A stretch of DNA of 63,700 bases, filler included, from an uncultured Methanosarcinales archaeon (GCA_964397315.1; 4 parts of 4 records of this genome joined end to end with filler, not necessarily neighbours in it), one strand, 5' to 3'. Positions 49,018-59,270 are shown, numbered from the whole stretch's first letter. Notes: generated by a model not told the origin, from the letters alone. Numbers and translations are program-made.

Positions 49018-49020
49018 GGC

Positions 49021-50439
49021 CTACAACACCCTCTTCAGCATCTCCACAACCTTCCTCGGGTCAGCCCGGCCCTTCAGCTTTCCCATTGCAATGCCAATAA
49101 GGGCCTTCTCAGGCTTTCCCTTGTTCTCAGCCACAATCCTCCTGAGCTCCTTCTCCAGCTCCCTGTCAGGCATCATCTCGTATTTTGAGAGGTCAAGCTT
49201 TCCTGTCCTGCCCAGCTCAGCCATCATGTTATAGACAGAGTCCTTGGCTATCTTTCCCTTGTTAAGCTCCGCGAATATCTTTTCAAGGTCAGAGTCTGAC
49301 AGGGAGACATCAATGCCCTCCTTTCTTTTGATTGTTTTTGGCGTTGATATTATCGTTTCCGCGATGAATGAAGGCTTGACATTGCTGAACCTGCGCGCGA
49401 GGCCTGCTATGAGGTCAGCCTTTCCTTCCTTTGCTGCTGCATCAGCAAGATCATCCCCCAGCCCGAGCTTCTTCAGCTTGCCTGCCTTCTCCTCTATCAG
49501 CTCAATCTTCTCTGCCTTGACATCGCCCGGATTTATCAGGGGCACATCTGTCTCAGGGTACATTCTTGCCGCGCCTGGCATGGGCCTCAGGTATGAGGTT
49601 GTGAAGTCAGGCTCTGCCTTTCTCACCTCAGGCTTCATCTTCCTGCCCTTCTTTGACTCTGAGAGCTGCCTTTTTATCTCATTGCCAATCACCTTTGGTA
49701 TTGACCTGTAATCCTGGAATCCCTTTATCTCAACCCTGGGGCAGCCTTTTATTGACATGTTAACGTCCTGCCTTATTGAGCCTATGCCCCTCTTCATTCC
49801 AGGCACGCTCCTCAGTATCATTCCGAGCTTTGCGGCTGCGCTCCTGCACTCCTCGGGTGTTGTCATGTCAGGCCCTGTCGCGATCTCTATGAGGGGTATG
49901 CCCAGCCTTGTGAGGTTATAAACATCACACTCCTTCCCCCTCTCTATTATCTGGCACGCCTCCTCCTCAAGGCAGACAGTGGGTATTGAGACTTTCTTTC
50001 CCTCCACTTCAATAAGCCCGTCCCTGCCTATCAATGCTGTCCTCTGGAATCCTGACGTGTTGCTTCCGTCAATGACTGTCTTCCTCATGAACTGTATCTC
50101 ATCCACGATCCTGCAGTTGAGAAGTCGCGCTGCCTGAAGGGCTGTCTTGAGCGCTTCCTCATTAACCGGATGGGGGGGCTCCTCGTCAAGCTCCACAAGG
50201 CAGGTTATGTCCCTGTAGCCCTGGTAGACAAAGCGCTTCTTTTTCTTCTGCTCATGCGCTGCTGCAACATCCACCTCTCCTGTCTCTCCTGCAGAGGCCC
50301 TGAGCTCCCTTTCAACACTGAAGTGGGGGTTCTCCTTTCTAATCACAGTCGGACAAGCGCAGAAAAGCTTCTTTCCCTCAAGCTGCTGGTGGATTTCAAG
50401 CCCGCACCTGAGACCAAGCTTTGAATAGTCTGCTGCCAT
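49021..50439 (-). CDS. gatE: Glu-tRNA(Gln) amidotransferase subunit E (short form)
   Basis: GLEIHQQL, DEEPPH, IDGSNTSGFQRT, PGAARMYPETD. Confidence 0.93.
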   Translation of the reverse strand: MAADYSKLGLRCGLEIHQQLEGKKLFCACPTVIRKENPHFSVERELRASAGETGEVDVAAAHEQKKKKRFVYQGYRDITCLVELDEEPPHPVNEEALKTALQAARLLNCRIVDEIQFMRKTVIDGSNTSGFQRTALIGRDGLIEVEGKKVSIPTVCLEEEACQIIERGKECDVYNLTRLGIPLIEIATGPDMTTPEECRSAAAKLGMILRSVPGMKRGIGSIRQDVNMSIKGCPRVEIKGFQDYRSIPKVIGNEIKRQLSESKKGRKMKPEVRKAEPDFTTSYLRPMPGAARMYPETDVPLINPGDVKAEKIELIEEKAGKLKKLGLGDDLADAAAKEGKADLIAGLARRFSNVKPSFIAETIISTPKTIKRKEGIDVSLSDSDLEKIFAELNKGKIAKDSVYNMMAELGRTGKLDLSKYEMMPDRELEKELRRIVAENKGKPEKALIGIAMGKLKGRADPRKVVEMLKRVL

Positions 50440-50534
50440 ACCATCTGCCAGAACACGCCACTATTTAAATATTTAGGAAAACAATCTTTATATATGAGGC
50501 CTCTACATAAAGCGTGAGAGGAGGCATAACAATC

Positions 50535-51698
50535 ATGCAGGGAATATCAAAAAGGACAGCAGGAATCTCGCCAAGCGCAACTCTTGCCATAACAGCAAAA
50601 GCAAAGCAGATGAAAAAGGACGGCAGCGATGTTGTGGGCCTAGGTGCAGGAGAGCCTGACTTTGAGACTCCTGATAACATAAGGGAGGCTGCAAAGAAAG
50701 CCATTGACCAGGGCTTCACAAGGTACACCCCTGCCTCAGGCATTCCCGAGCTGAAGCAGGCTGTCTGCAGAAAGCTCGCAAGGGAAAATAATGTTGGGTA
50801 TTATCCTGAAGAGGTTGCGGTATCCTGCGGAGGAAAGCACTCCCTGTACAATGTGATGGAGGCTCTTCTTGACCATGGTGACGAGGCATTGCTTCCATCC
50901 CCCTACTGGGTGAGTTATGAAGAGCAGATAAGGATAGCTGGAGCAAAGCCTGTCATGATTGACACGTCACCCTCTGAATTCAGGCTCACTGCAGAAGCTG
51001 TTGAGAATGCAGTTACAGGAAAAACAAAGCTGCTTATACTTAACTCGCCATCAAACCCTGCAGGAATGATTATTGACAGGAAAGAGCTGGAGGCGATTGC
51101 AGAGCTTGCAGTGAGAAAGGGATTCTATGTTGTGTCTGACGAGGTTTATGAAAAGCTTGTCTACAAGGGAAAGAGGCATGTCAGCATCGCATCTCTCGGA
51201 GAGGGCATAAAAGAGAGGGCCATAACAGTCAATGCAGTGTCAAAAACATACTCAATGACAGGCTGGAGGATAGGTTACTGCGCAGGGCCTGCTGAGATAA
51301 TCAAGGCAGTCTCAAACCTCCAGAGCCACTCAACATCAAACCCCTGCTCAATAGCGCAGAAGGCTGCTGTTGAGGCCCTGACAGGCCCTCAGGACTTCCT
51401 GAAAAAATGGGTTGAGGAGTTTGACAAAAGGAGGAAGCTGATGGTGGAAATGCTGAACAGCATGAGGAACATAAGCTGCACTGATCCTGACGGCGCGTTC
51501 TATGCATTCCCTGACATAAACTCCACAGGATTGAGCTCAATTGAGTTTGCGGAAAGGCTGCTTGAGGAAGAGAAGGTGGCTGTTGTCCCCGGAGCTGCAT
51601 TCGGCGCGGACAATAATGTCAGGCTCAGCTATGCGGCATCATCAGAGGAGATAAAAAAAGGGCTTGAGAGGATGGAGAGGTTCTGCAGCTCATTATGA
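50535..51698 (+). CDS. aspartate aminotransferase (class I)
   Basis: GEPDF, YTPASG, NSPSNP, SDEVY, SKTYSMTGWRIG. Confidence 0.9.
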   Translation: MQGISKRTAGISPSATLAITAKAKQMKKDGSDVVGLGAGEPDFETPDNIREAAKKAIDQGFTRYTPASGIPELKQAVCRKLARENNVGYYPEEVAVSCGGKHSLYNVMEALLDHGDEALLPSPYWVSYEEQIRIAGAKPVMIDTSPSEFRLTAEAVENAVTGKTKLLILNSPSNPAGMIIDRKELEAIAELAVRKGFYVVSDEVYEKLVYKGKRHVSIASLGEGIKERAITVNAVSKTYSMTGWRIGYCAGPAEIIKAVSNLQSHSTSNPCSIAQKAAVEALTGPQDFLKKWVEEFDKRRKLMVEMLNSMRNISCTDPDGAFYAFPDINSTGLSSIEFAERLLEEEKVAVVPGAAFGADNNVRLSYAASSEEIKKGLERMERFCSSL

Positions 51699-51714
51699 AA
51701 AGGAGGATGGTACC

Positions 51715-52644
51715 ATGAAAGTAAGCATTATAGGCGCGGGAAACGTGGGAGCCTCAGCAGCATGGGTGATCTGCGACAGGCAGATGGCTGACGAGGTTGT
51801 TCTTGTTGACATTGTTGAGGGAGTCCCTCAGGGAAAGGCCCTTGACATACTTGAGGCAATGCCCCTCTCAAAAAGCAACACCAGGATAAAAGGCACCAAC
51901 AGCTACGAGGGCATAGAAGGCTCAGATATTGTTGTTGTCACGGCAGGTGTTCCGAGAAAGCCGGGCATGTCAAGGGACGACCTTCTTGAGACCAACTCAA
52001 AAATAATAAGGTCAATAGCTGCCGAGATAAAGGTCCGCGCCCCCAACTCGGTTGTCATAGTGGTGACAAACCCCCTTGACGCGATGGCATACCTCATGCT
52101 TAAGGAGACCGGCTTTGAAAGGGAGAGGGTTATTGGAATGGCTGGGGTGCTTGACTCCACAAGGTTCAGGACATTCATCGCAGACATGCTTGACATCGGA
52201 GTTGGAGAAGTGGAGGCCATGGTTCTTGGAGGCCACGGCGACTCCATGGTTCCCCTGAGAAAGCACACCACCATAAAGGGAAAGCCGCTGTCGGATTTCA
52301 TTGAAGAGAGCGACATGGAATCTCTTATTGAAAGGACAAGAAAAGGGGGTGCGGAGATTGTGGGATACCTCAAGACAGGCTCTGCATTCTATGCTCCTGC
52401 AGCGTCAATAGCAGAGATGGTTGACGCCATCTCAAAAGAGGACGGCAGGCTGCTTCCCTGCTCTGTCATGCTGAAGGGAGAGTACGGCCATGAGGGGATA
52501 TTCCTTGGAGTTCCATGCAGGCTTAACAGGAAAGGCCTGAATGAGGTTGTTGAGCTGGAGCTGTCAGGGGATGAAAAGAAACAGCTTGACGAGAGCGCGG
52601 GAAATGTTAATGAATTAACAGAAAAAGTTAATGCAGAAAGCTAA
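51715..52644 (+). CDS. mdh: malate dehydrogenase (LDH-like)
   Basis: GAGNVG, PRKPGMSRDDL, VTNPLD, LGGHGD. Confidence 0.93.
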   Translation: MKVSIIGAGNVGASAAWVICDRQMADEVVLVDIVEGVPQGKALDILEAMPLSKSNTRIKGTNSYEGIEGSDIVVVTAGVPRKPGMSRDDLLETNSKIIRSIAAEIKVRAPNSVVIVVTNPLDAMAYLMLKETGFERERVIGMAGVLDSTRFRTFIADMLDIGVGEVEAMVLGGHGDSMVPLRKHTTIKGKPLSDFIEESDMESLIERTRKGGAEIVGYLKTGSAFYAPAASIAEMVDAISKEDGRLLPCSVMLKGEYGHEGIFLGVPCRLNRKGLNEVVELELSGDEKKQLDESAGNVNELTEKVNAES

Positions 52645-52646
52645 CA

Positions 52647-53645
52647 TCATCCCCTTCCCCTCACAAGCCCTTCTGTTTCCTCAAATCCGAGCATTATGTT
52701 CATGTTCTGCACAGCCTGGCCTGATGCCCCTTTCAGGAGATTGTCAATTGTTGAGATGACCACAAGCCTCTTGCTCTCGTCAGACTCAAATCCGCCTAGG
52801 GTACACATGCTGCTGTTCTGCGTGCTTCTCATCTCAGGCGCGGATTCCTCAACCCTTACAAGGGGGTGGCTGCTGTAATAATCCCTGTAAACCCTCTCTG
52901 CCTCGTCCCTGCTTATGCTGCTGTCCAGCATAATGTGGGCTGTGCACATCATGCCCCTGAAGGTGTCAATCACATGAGGGGTGAATGAGGTATTGCTGAT
53001 GAACTGCTCTATCTCGTACTTGTGCCTGTGCCTTGCGAGCTTGTAGGCTATAAGGTTGTCCTTTATCACAGAGGGGTCCCTCGCGTAGACTGATTCCTTT
53101 CCCGCCCCGCTCCAGCCTGACTTGCAGTCAAAGATAATACGCCCTGCCCTCTCCCTGAGGGGAAGCGCTGCCAGAAGGCAGGCTGTGGAGTAACAGCCGG
53201 GGTTTGCGACAAGCTGCGCATTTTTTATCTCATTCCTGAACATCTCAGGCAGGCCGTACACAGCTTCGCTCCTGCCGTCATGCTTTATGCCATAGACTTC
53301 CTCAAATTTTTTCGCGTCTTTGAACCTGTAGTCCGCGCTAAGGTCTATGACTCTTGTATTTTCCAGGTTCAGCTGAGGCACTGTTTTCAGCGCGACTCCT
53401 GAGGGTGTTGCCAGGAATATGGCATCAAGCTCCATGCTGTTTATCTCCTCAACAGAGTGGTTTGTGAACTTCAGATTGTCATCATTGAAATCATTGTATA
53501 ATGATGAGACCCTCTCTCCCTCGTGCTTTCTTGAGTTCAGCACAACAAGCTCTGCGTTCTTGTGGCCTGAGATGAGCTTTATCAGTTCATACCCTGCATA
53601 GCCTGAAGCGCCTATTATCCCTGCTTTTGCTTTGCTGTTATTCAT
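52647..53645 (-). CDS. argC: N-acetyl-gamma-glutamyl-phosphate reductase
   Basis: GASGYAG, DLSADYR, ANPGCY, DNLLKGASGQAVQN. Confidence 0.95.
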   Translation of the reverse strand: MNNSKAKAGIIGASGYAGYELIKLISGHKNAELVVLNSRKHEGERVSSLYNDFNDDNLKFTNHSVEEINSMELDAIFLATPSGVALKTVPQLNLENTRVIDLSADYRFKDAKKFEEVYGIKHDGRSEAVYGLPEMFRNEIKNAQLVANPGCYSTACLLAALPLRERAGRIIFDCKSGWSGAGKESVYARDPSVIKDNLIAYKLARHRHKYEIEQFISNTSFTPHVIDTFRGMMCTAHIMLDSSISRDEAERVYRDYYSSHPLVRVEESAPEMRSTQNSSMCTLGGFESDESKRLVVISTIDNLLKGASGQAVQNMNIMLGFEETEGLVRGRG

Positions 53646-53646
53646 G

Positions 53647-54837
53647 CTATGCACCCTTCCCGTTGTGTTTGCCAACAATATTGCTTATTATCCTAAGTGC
53701 CCTGTCAACATCTTTTCTTGTTATCATGAGAGGCGGAAGGAATCTTATCACATTGTCAGATGTGCAGACGCACAGGAGGCCGCTGCTGACAAGCTTATTT
53801 ACTGTTTCGCTGCACTGCTCTTTCATCTCTATGCCTATCATCAGGCCCCTGCCCCTGACCTCCCTTATCCGGTCAGGGTTTATTCTCCTGAGCTTTTTCA
53901 TGAAGTAATCCCCCTGCCTGGCCGCGTTCTTCATCAGGCCGTTCTTCTCCATGAACTCAATGACAGCAAGCGCTGCAGCGCAGCTTAGGTTGTTGCCTCC
54001 GAATGTGCTGCCGTGATCCCCGCAGGCGAATGAGGATGACACATTCTTCCCTGCTATGGTAACCCCTATGGGCACTCCGTTGGCAAGGCCCTTTGCCATT
54101 GTCACCATATCAGGCTTTATCCCCTCATGCTGGTATGCAAAGAACTTCCCTGTCCTGCCCATTCCGCTCTGCACCTCGTCAATTATGAGCAAAGCCCCCT
54201 TTTTCCTGCATATCTCTGAAACTCTTTTGAGGAACCCCCTGTCAGGCATGGTTATTCCTGCCTCTCCCTGTATGGGCTCTGCGATCACTGCAGCTGTCTT
54301 TTTCGTGACAGACTTCTCAAGAGCCTTTGCATCATTGTAAGGCACCTGCCTGAATCCAGGGGCCATGGGCCTGAACTGCTTCTTGATATTCTCCTTTCCT
54401 GTCGCTGCCAGGCTTCCCAGCGTTCTTCCATGGAATCCGTGCCTGAAGGATATTATTTCCTTCCTGCCTGTGTGCTTTCTCGCCAGCTTTATGGCTGCCT
54501 CATTAGCCTCTGCGCCTGAGTTTGAGAAGAAGCACATTCCCCCTCCATAATAGGATGAGAGCTTTGCTGCCAGTCTCGCCTGCGGCTCTGAGTAGAACAG
54601 GCAGGTGGTGTTTATTATACTTTTTGCAGCCTCGTTTATCGCCCTGCACACCATGCTGTTGGCGTGGCCGACAGTGCAGGTGGCTATGCCTCCGAGAAAG
54701 TCAAGGTATTTTCTTCCTTCTGTATCATACACATAAGCTCCTTTCCCCCTTGTGATCACAGGGTCAAACCTGCTGTAAACAGGCATCATGTGCTTCTTCT
54801 CTGTCCTTTTTACCTCTTCCGGCCTCATGGTGTTCAA
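53647..54837 (-). CDS. argD: acetylornithine aminotransferase
   Basis: NSGAEANEAA, FHGRT, EPIQGE, DEVQSG, HGSTFGGN. Confidence 0.93.
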   Translation of the reverse strand: MNTMRPEEVKRTEKKHMMPVYSRFDPVITRGKGAYVYDTEGRKYLDFLGGIATCTVGHANSMVCRAINEAAKSIINTTCLFYSEPQARLAAKLSSYYGGGMCFFSNSGAEANEAAIKLARKHTGRKEIISFRHGFHGRTLGSLAATGKENIKKQFRPMAPGFRQVPYNDAKALEKSVTKKTAAVIAEPIQGEAGITMPDRGFLKRVSEICRKKGALLIIDEVQSGMGRTGKFFAYQHEGIKPDMVTMAKGLANGVPIGVTIAGKNVSSSFACGDHGSTFGGNNLSCAAALAVIEFMEKNGLMKNAARQGDYFMKKLRRINPDRIREVRGRGLMIGIEMKEQCSETVNKLVSSGLLCVCTSDNVIRFLPPLMITRKDVDRALRIISNIVGKHNGKGA

Positions 54838-54854
54838 ATCTTCCTTTCTTCCGC

Positions 54855-55697
54855 TTATCTCACTATCTCTGTTCCAACCCCCCTGTCAGTGAATATCTCA
54901 AAGAAGAGAGAGTGGGGTATTGTGCCGTCTATGAGGTGCGCTTTTGGACACCCCTTCTTTACAGCGTGGATGCACGCCTTTACCTTTGGTATCATTCCCG
55001 AGCTTATCACTCCGTTATCTATCTTGCTCTCCGCCTCTTTGATGCTCAGGTGCGAGATGAACTTCTTTCCCTCCATCACCCCCCTTACATTGGTGAGTAT
55101 TGTGAGCTTCTCTGCCTTCAGGGCTATGGCCACTGCTGTTGCTGCGGTGTCAGCGTTTATGTTGTATGTCCTGCAGTCCTTTCCCTTTCCAAGGGGTGAT
55201 ATCACCGGAATCATGCCTTTTTTCAGGACCTCTTTTATCCTCCTGCTGTCCACTTTTGTTATCTCTCCCACAAGCCCGAGCCTGCTGTCCTTCTGCCTGA
55301 CTTGTATCACGCCCTTGTTTCCCATGAGGCTCTTTGCACTGCAACTGTTATCCCTTATGATTCCTGCAATCTCCCTGTTCTTCTTCCTGAAGATGTCCTT
55401 CACTATTTTGATTGTGCTGCTGTCAGTGACCCTCAGTCCGTCAATGAACTTTGGCTTCACGCCTCTTTTCTCAACCTCTTTTGTTATGAAAGGCCCTCCT
55501 CCGTGGACTATGACCGGCTTCATTCCCACATACCTGAGCAGGGCTATGTCCCTGAGCACGGACTTCCTGAGTTTGTTGTCTGTCATTGCATTTCCGCCGT
55601 ATTTTATCACCACAATCTTGTCATGGTACTTCTGGATGTAGGGCAGGGCCTCCACCAGAGTGTGTGCTTTTTTTGTTGCTGTTCTCATCTGCATCAC
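54855..55697 (-). CDS. argB: acetylglutamate kinase
   Basis: KYGGNA, VHGGG, GLRVT, NINAD, GMIPK. Confidence 0.95.
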   Translation of the reverse strand: MMQMRTATKKAHTLVEALPYIQKYHDKIVVIKYGGNAMTDNKLRKSVLRDIALLRYVGMKPVIVHGGGPFITKEVEKRGVKPKFIDGLRVTDSSTIKIVKDIFRKKNREIAGIIRDNSCSAKSLMGNKGVIQVRQKDSRLGLVGEITKVDSRRIKEVLKKGMIPVISPLGKGKDCRTYNINADTAATAVAIALKAEKLTILTNVRGVMEGKKFISHLSIKEAESKIDNGVISSGMIPKVKACIHAVKKGCPKAHLIDGTIPHSLFFEIFTDRGVGTEIVR

Positions 55698-56876
55698 CTA
55701 TGTTGAGTATTCCGCATTGATCCTCACATAATCATAGCTCAGGTCGCACCCCCACGCCTTTGCGCGCCTGCTTCCTGAGTTCAGGTCAGCCTTTATCCTG
55801 ACCTCCCTGCTCTTTTTAAGATAGTCGCTTATGCTTTTCCTGCTGAACTTCACAGGAGTTCCAGCTTTCACCACTTTTCTGCCCCCTATGTAGAGGTCTA
55901 TCCTGTCCTGGCTGAGCCTGCTGTTGCTGTAGCCTGCAGCGCAGATTATCCTTCCCCAGTTCGGGTCGCTGCCGAAGACCGCTGCCTTGACCAGGCTTGA
56001 GCTTATTATGCCCTTTGCCACGTCTCTTGCCTGTTTTTCTGTTGCGGCATTTACAGCCTCTGCCTCTATGAGTTTTGTAGCTCCCTCTCCGTCAGCAGCT
56101 ATCTTTTTCGCGAGGTCAGTGCAGAGCATTTCCATGGCCTGCCTGAATCTCTTCGTGCTGGTTTTCTTTTCTCCTGTGGCCAGCGCAATTACTGTATCAT
56201 TAGTGCTCGTGTCCCCGTCAACTGATATCATGTTGAATGTTGCGTCAGCAGTGTCCGCCAGCACCTTCTGGAGATCCTTCTGCCTTACTGACGCGTTTGT
56301 CGCTATGAAACACAGCATTGTCCCCATGTTTGGGTGTATCATTCCGGAGCCTTTTGCTATTGCAGCAATTCTTATGCCTCCATAATCAACGCAGCTTTGC
56401 TTTGGGTAAGTGTCTGTCGTTATTATTGCTCTTGCAGCTTCATTGCCGTGTTTTGATCCTGAACTCATCTCTTTTTTGATGCCCTTTATTCCTTTCTCTA
56501 TTTTTTTCATGTCAAGGTGTTTTCCTATGACTCCTGTTGAGCTCACCAGCACCCTGCTCTTCTCAATGCCCAGCTCTTCTGCTGCCAGCTCAGCAGTATG
56601 CTTTGCATCCCGCATGCCTCTTTCTCCTGTGCACGCGTTTGCATTGCCGCTGTTCACCACCACAGCCTGAGCTTTGCCCCCTGACGCCCTCATCTGCCTG
56701 AGGTTCAGGAGAACCGGAGCTGCCCTTACCCTGTTCCTGGTGCTCACGACCGCGGCTGAGCATTCTTTTTCAGCGTATAACACAAGAAGATCCTTTCCTC
56801 TTTTCTTCAGGCCTGTTCTTCTGGAGCCGGCCTTCACCCCCCTGACTGAGGTTATGCTCTTGTCTGTCAGACTCAT
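55698..56876 (-). CDS. argJ: bifunctional ornithine acetyltransferase
   Basis: NSGNANA, STGVIG, KGSGMIHPNMGTML, DTSTND, DGEGA. Confidence 0.95.
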   Translation of the reverse strand: MSLTDKSITSVRGVKAGSRRTGLKKRGKDLLVLYAEKECSAAVVSTRNRVRAAPVLLNLRQMRASGGKAQAVVVNSGNANACTGERGMRDAKHTAELAAEELGIEKSRVLVSSTGVIGKHLDMKKIEKGIKGIKKEMSSGSKHGNEAARAIITTDTYPKQSCVDYGGIRIAAIAKGSGMIHPNMGTMLCFIATNASVRQKDLQKVLADTADATFNMISVDGDTSTNDTVIALATGEKKTSTKRFRQAMEMLCTDLAKKIAADGEGATKLIEAEAVNAATEKQARDVAKGIISSSLVKAAVFGSDPNWGRIICAAGYSNSRLSQDRIDLYIGGRKVVKAGTPVKFSRKSISDYLKKSREVRIKADLNSGSRRAKAWGCDLSYDYVRINAEYST

Positions 56877-56929
56877 TCCCCGGCTGGAATAAAGGTTTGT
56901 TTATAAAGGTTGCTGTGTGAGAATTAAAT

Positions 56930-56984
56930 TGAATAAGTCCGAAATTAGTTCTCACTTCTGCAGGATATAGGTCATTTTTAAACT
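56930..56984. repeat. 55-bp contig-end repeat (reverse complement of 1-55)
   Basis: Exact match. Confidence 0.9.
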
Positions 56985-57084
56985 NNNNNNNNNNNNNNNN
57001 NNNNNNNNNNNNNNNNNNNNNNNNNNNNTTAATTAATTAANNNNNNNNNNNNNNNNNNNNNNNNNNNNNNNNNNNNNNNNNNNN
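56985..57084. other. artificial contig linker
   Basis: N + TTAATTAATTAA + N. Confidence 0.98.
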
Positions 57085-57086
57085 GA

Positions 57087-57242
57087 GACTGCGATGATGA
57101 TGACGAGGCAATAAACCCTGGTGCAGAAGAGGATTGCGACGGCATTGACTCAAACTGCAACAATATCCCTGATGTTGAGGAAAAGAAACAAGATGGGAGC
57201 AACCTGTGCAGCTGCAACTTCATAAAAGAGTCAACTTTCTAA
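57087..57242 (+). CDS. 3' fragment of a surface protein with MopE-like putative metal-binding motif
   Basis: DCDDDDEAINPGAEEDCDGIDSNCN; 5' end lost at contig edge. Confidence 0.7.
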   Translation, partial: DCDDDDEAINPGAEEDCDGIDSNCNNIPDVEEKKQDGSNLCSCNFIKESTF

Positions 57243-58499
57243 AAGCCATTTCCACAATGGCATGAAATTAATCCTGGCCTTCATCCCGAACCATTCAGCT
57301 TTTTCTTCTGCTTCATAATTCTCTGTGATTATTAAAAGCTTTCTGCATCTTAATTCCTTGCCTGCTTTTATCAATGCCCTGACCTCCCGTTTTTTTGTTT
57401 CCGGATTCTGGAGATCATAACACACTTGTATGAGCTGGTCAACTTTCATATCTTTTTTTATGAGAAAATCAACCTCCTCCTGCTGGGCGTTTTTCCAATA
57501 ATAAATGTTGATCTTGCCAGCAGCTTCTTTTTTCTTCAGCTCAACTGCCACAATATTTTCATAAAGTTTTCCCTTATCCCGGCTTGATTTGAACGCTTTT
57601 GAATAGATAAAGCCATTATCAATGCAGTATATTTTTTTATTTGAGGATATTTGATTTTTTACTTTGTATGAGAAACTATGCAGGCTGAAAAACATGTATG
57701 ATTCTTCCATGTAAGAAAGATATTTTTGAATTGTGTGTATGCTTTTTATTTTTGTTATCCTGCATAGAGAATTATATGAGTATTCATTTGATATGTTTGA
57801 TAAAAGATAGAATGCCAGGTCTTCTATTCCCTGTATAACTCTCAGCTTATATCTTTTGACAATATCCTTGTAGATTATGGAATTGAAAAGGGTGGATAAA
57901 TATTCCTTGTGGTCTATCTTTTTTATAAGGGGTTCTGGGTAACCTCCAAAAACAATGTAATCATCCAATTTTGATTTTATTTCAGCTGATGTCAATTCTT
58001 TTTCATTAAATTTTAAGAATTCTCTGAATGAGAAAGGAAACATGTTTATGACAGTATGCCTTCCTGTGAGGTGTGTTGCAAGCTCTCTGCTTAAAAGTTT
58101 AGAATTGCTTCCGCTTAGGATTATGTCATACCCCTGCCTCTGCAGCCTGTTCACAAAAAGCTCCCATTTCGGCAGATTCTGTATCTCGTCAAAAAAGACT
58201 AGTTTTGGGCTGCCATAGACAGCATCCACAGCAGCCATTATCTCATTATAATCTTTTACATCAACCAGCTGTTCATCATCAAAATTAACATAGCCAAATT
58301 TTTCCTGCTTTTTTAGGTGATGGGTTGTAAAGAAGGATTTGCCGCTCCTTCTGGGGCCTATTATGATTTTCATTAGGGGTGTTTTAAGCCTTTTTGAATC
58401 CAAATCCCTTTCTATATATAACTCCTTAAGCTTATTGCCTAATTCACGCTTCTGAAGTATTAATATATCTTTTACCGTCATTTTTGAACTGTAGTGCAC
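57231..58499 (-). CDS. AAA ATPase with DUF4143 domain, AT-rich
   Basis: GPRRSGKS, FDEIQ, SGSNS, GGYPE, KIYCIDNG, EVDF. Confidence 0.9.
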   Translation of the reverse strand: MHYSSKMTVKDILILQKRELGNKLKELYIERDLDSKRLKTPLMKIIIGPRRSGKSFFTTHHLKKQEKFGYVNFDDEQLVDVKDYNEIMAAVDAVYGSPKLVFFDEIQNLPKWELFVNRLQRQGYDIILSGSNSKLLSRELATHLTGRHTVINMFPFSFREFLKFNEKELTSAEIKSKLDDYIVFGGYPEPLIKKIDHKEYLSTLFNSIIYKDIVKRYKLRVIQGIEDLAFYLLSNISNEYSYNSLCRITKIKSIHTIQKYLSYMEESYMFFSLHSFSYKVKNQISSNKKIYCIDNGFIYSKAFKSSRDKGKLYENIVAVELKKKEAAGKINIYYWKNAQQEEVDFLIKKDMKVDQLIQVCYDLQNPETKKREVRALIKAGKELRCRKLLIITENYEAEEKAEWFGMKARINFMPLWKWLLES

Positions 58500-58795
58500 A
58501 AAAGTATATAAATCTTTGCATTTTGTTTTTAATATAAATGGATTCTGTTAAAAGGTCTAACTTAATAGTCTTCTCACCGCCCTCCAATGACTACAGACCT
58601 AAAGGTTCTGGCTGTGTTCCTTAAGGAGAAATCAGCCTGAACAGGAGAACATGACACAGGATGAGATTAAGGTCAGCATCAGCAGGCCTGAGAATTGCAT
58701 TTGGTTGTGAGAGTGAGATTGCGCTTTGAGATTTAGTGCGTGGCTTGTTTTTCTATACAAGTTTTAGCAGGTCTTTTGTTTTCCTGAGTTTTCTT

Positions 58796-59100
58796 TTCCT
58801 GGTGTTTCCCTCCCTTTCTGCACCACTGCTTAGCAGGCTTATTGCTTCTGGAACAGCACAACTCTCTGCTTCTGCCTCCAATAAGCCCACCCTTTAATTT
58901 GCTTAAAGCGCTCTGAATGATTTGCTGCTCTCAAGCTGTTAAAGGAGGTGGGCGGGATTTATCCCTCTGTAATTGTGTCTGGGGCGGCGGTTATGCCTGG
59001 ATTATTCTTTTTGCTCTTGACTCAGAACAAAACATTGGTTTATCATCACTCTTAAATGACGAAAACCGAAAGCTTTAAATAGGAGTAATACCTAACAGGT
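58796..59100 (-). repeat. copy B of the dispersed divergent-promoter/leader element (1 repeat unit)
   Basis: Highly similar to 61060-61364 and homologous to 35971-36090. Confidence 0.85.
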
Positions 59101-59229
59101 GTTGGGTTTGGTGGAAATCTTTTATGGTCTTTAGGTTGTTTATTATTCATGCACTCTGTGAAGGAATTGATTAAATATTCTGGGATAACAGTATTTTTAT
59201 TTATGAGAGGTTTTCACCAGAGCCCAGCA
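59100..59229 (+). ncRNA. candidate rod-shaped small RNA
   Basis: 59101-59125 pairs with 59203-59228; every non-Watson-Crick position is G-U on the + strand; starts ~20 nt after TTTAAATA. Confidence 0.45.
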
Positions 59230-59270
59230 ATAGTAAAATTTTTATATTCTTTTTAAGAAAATGTGGTATT

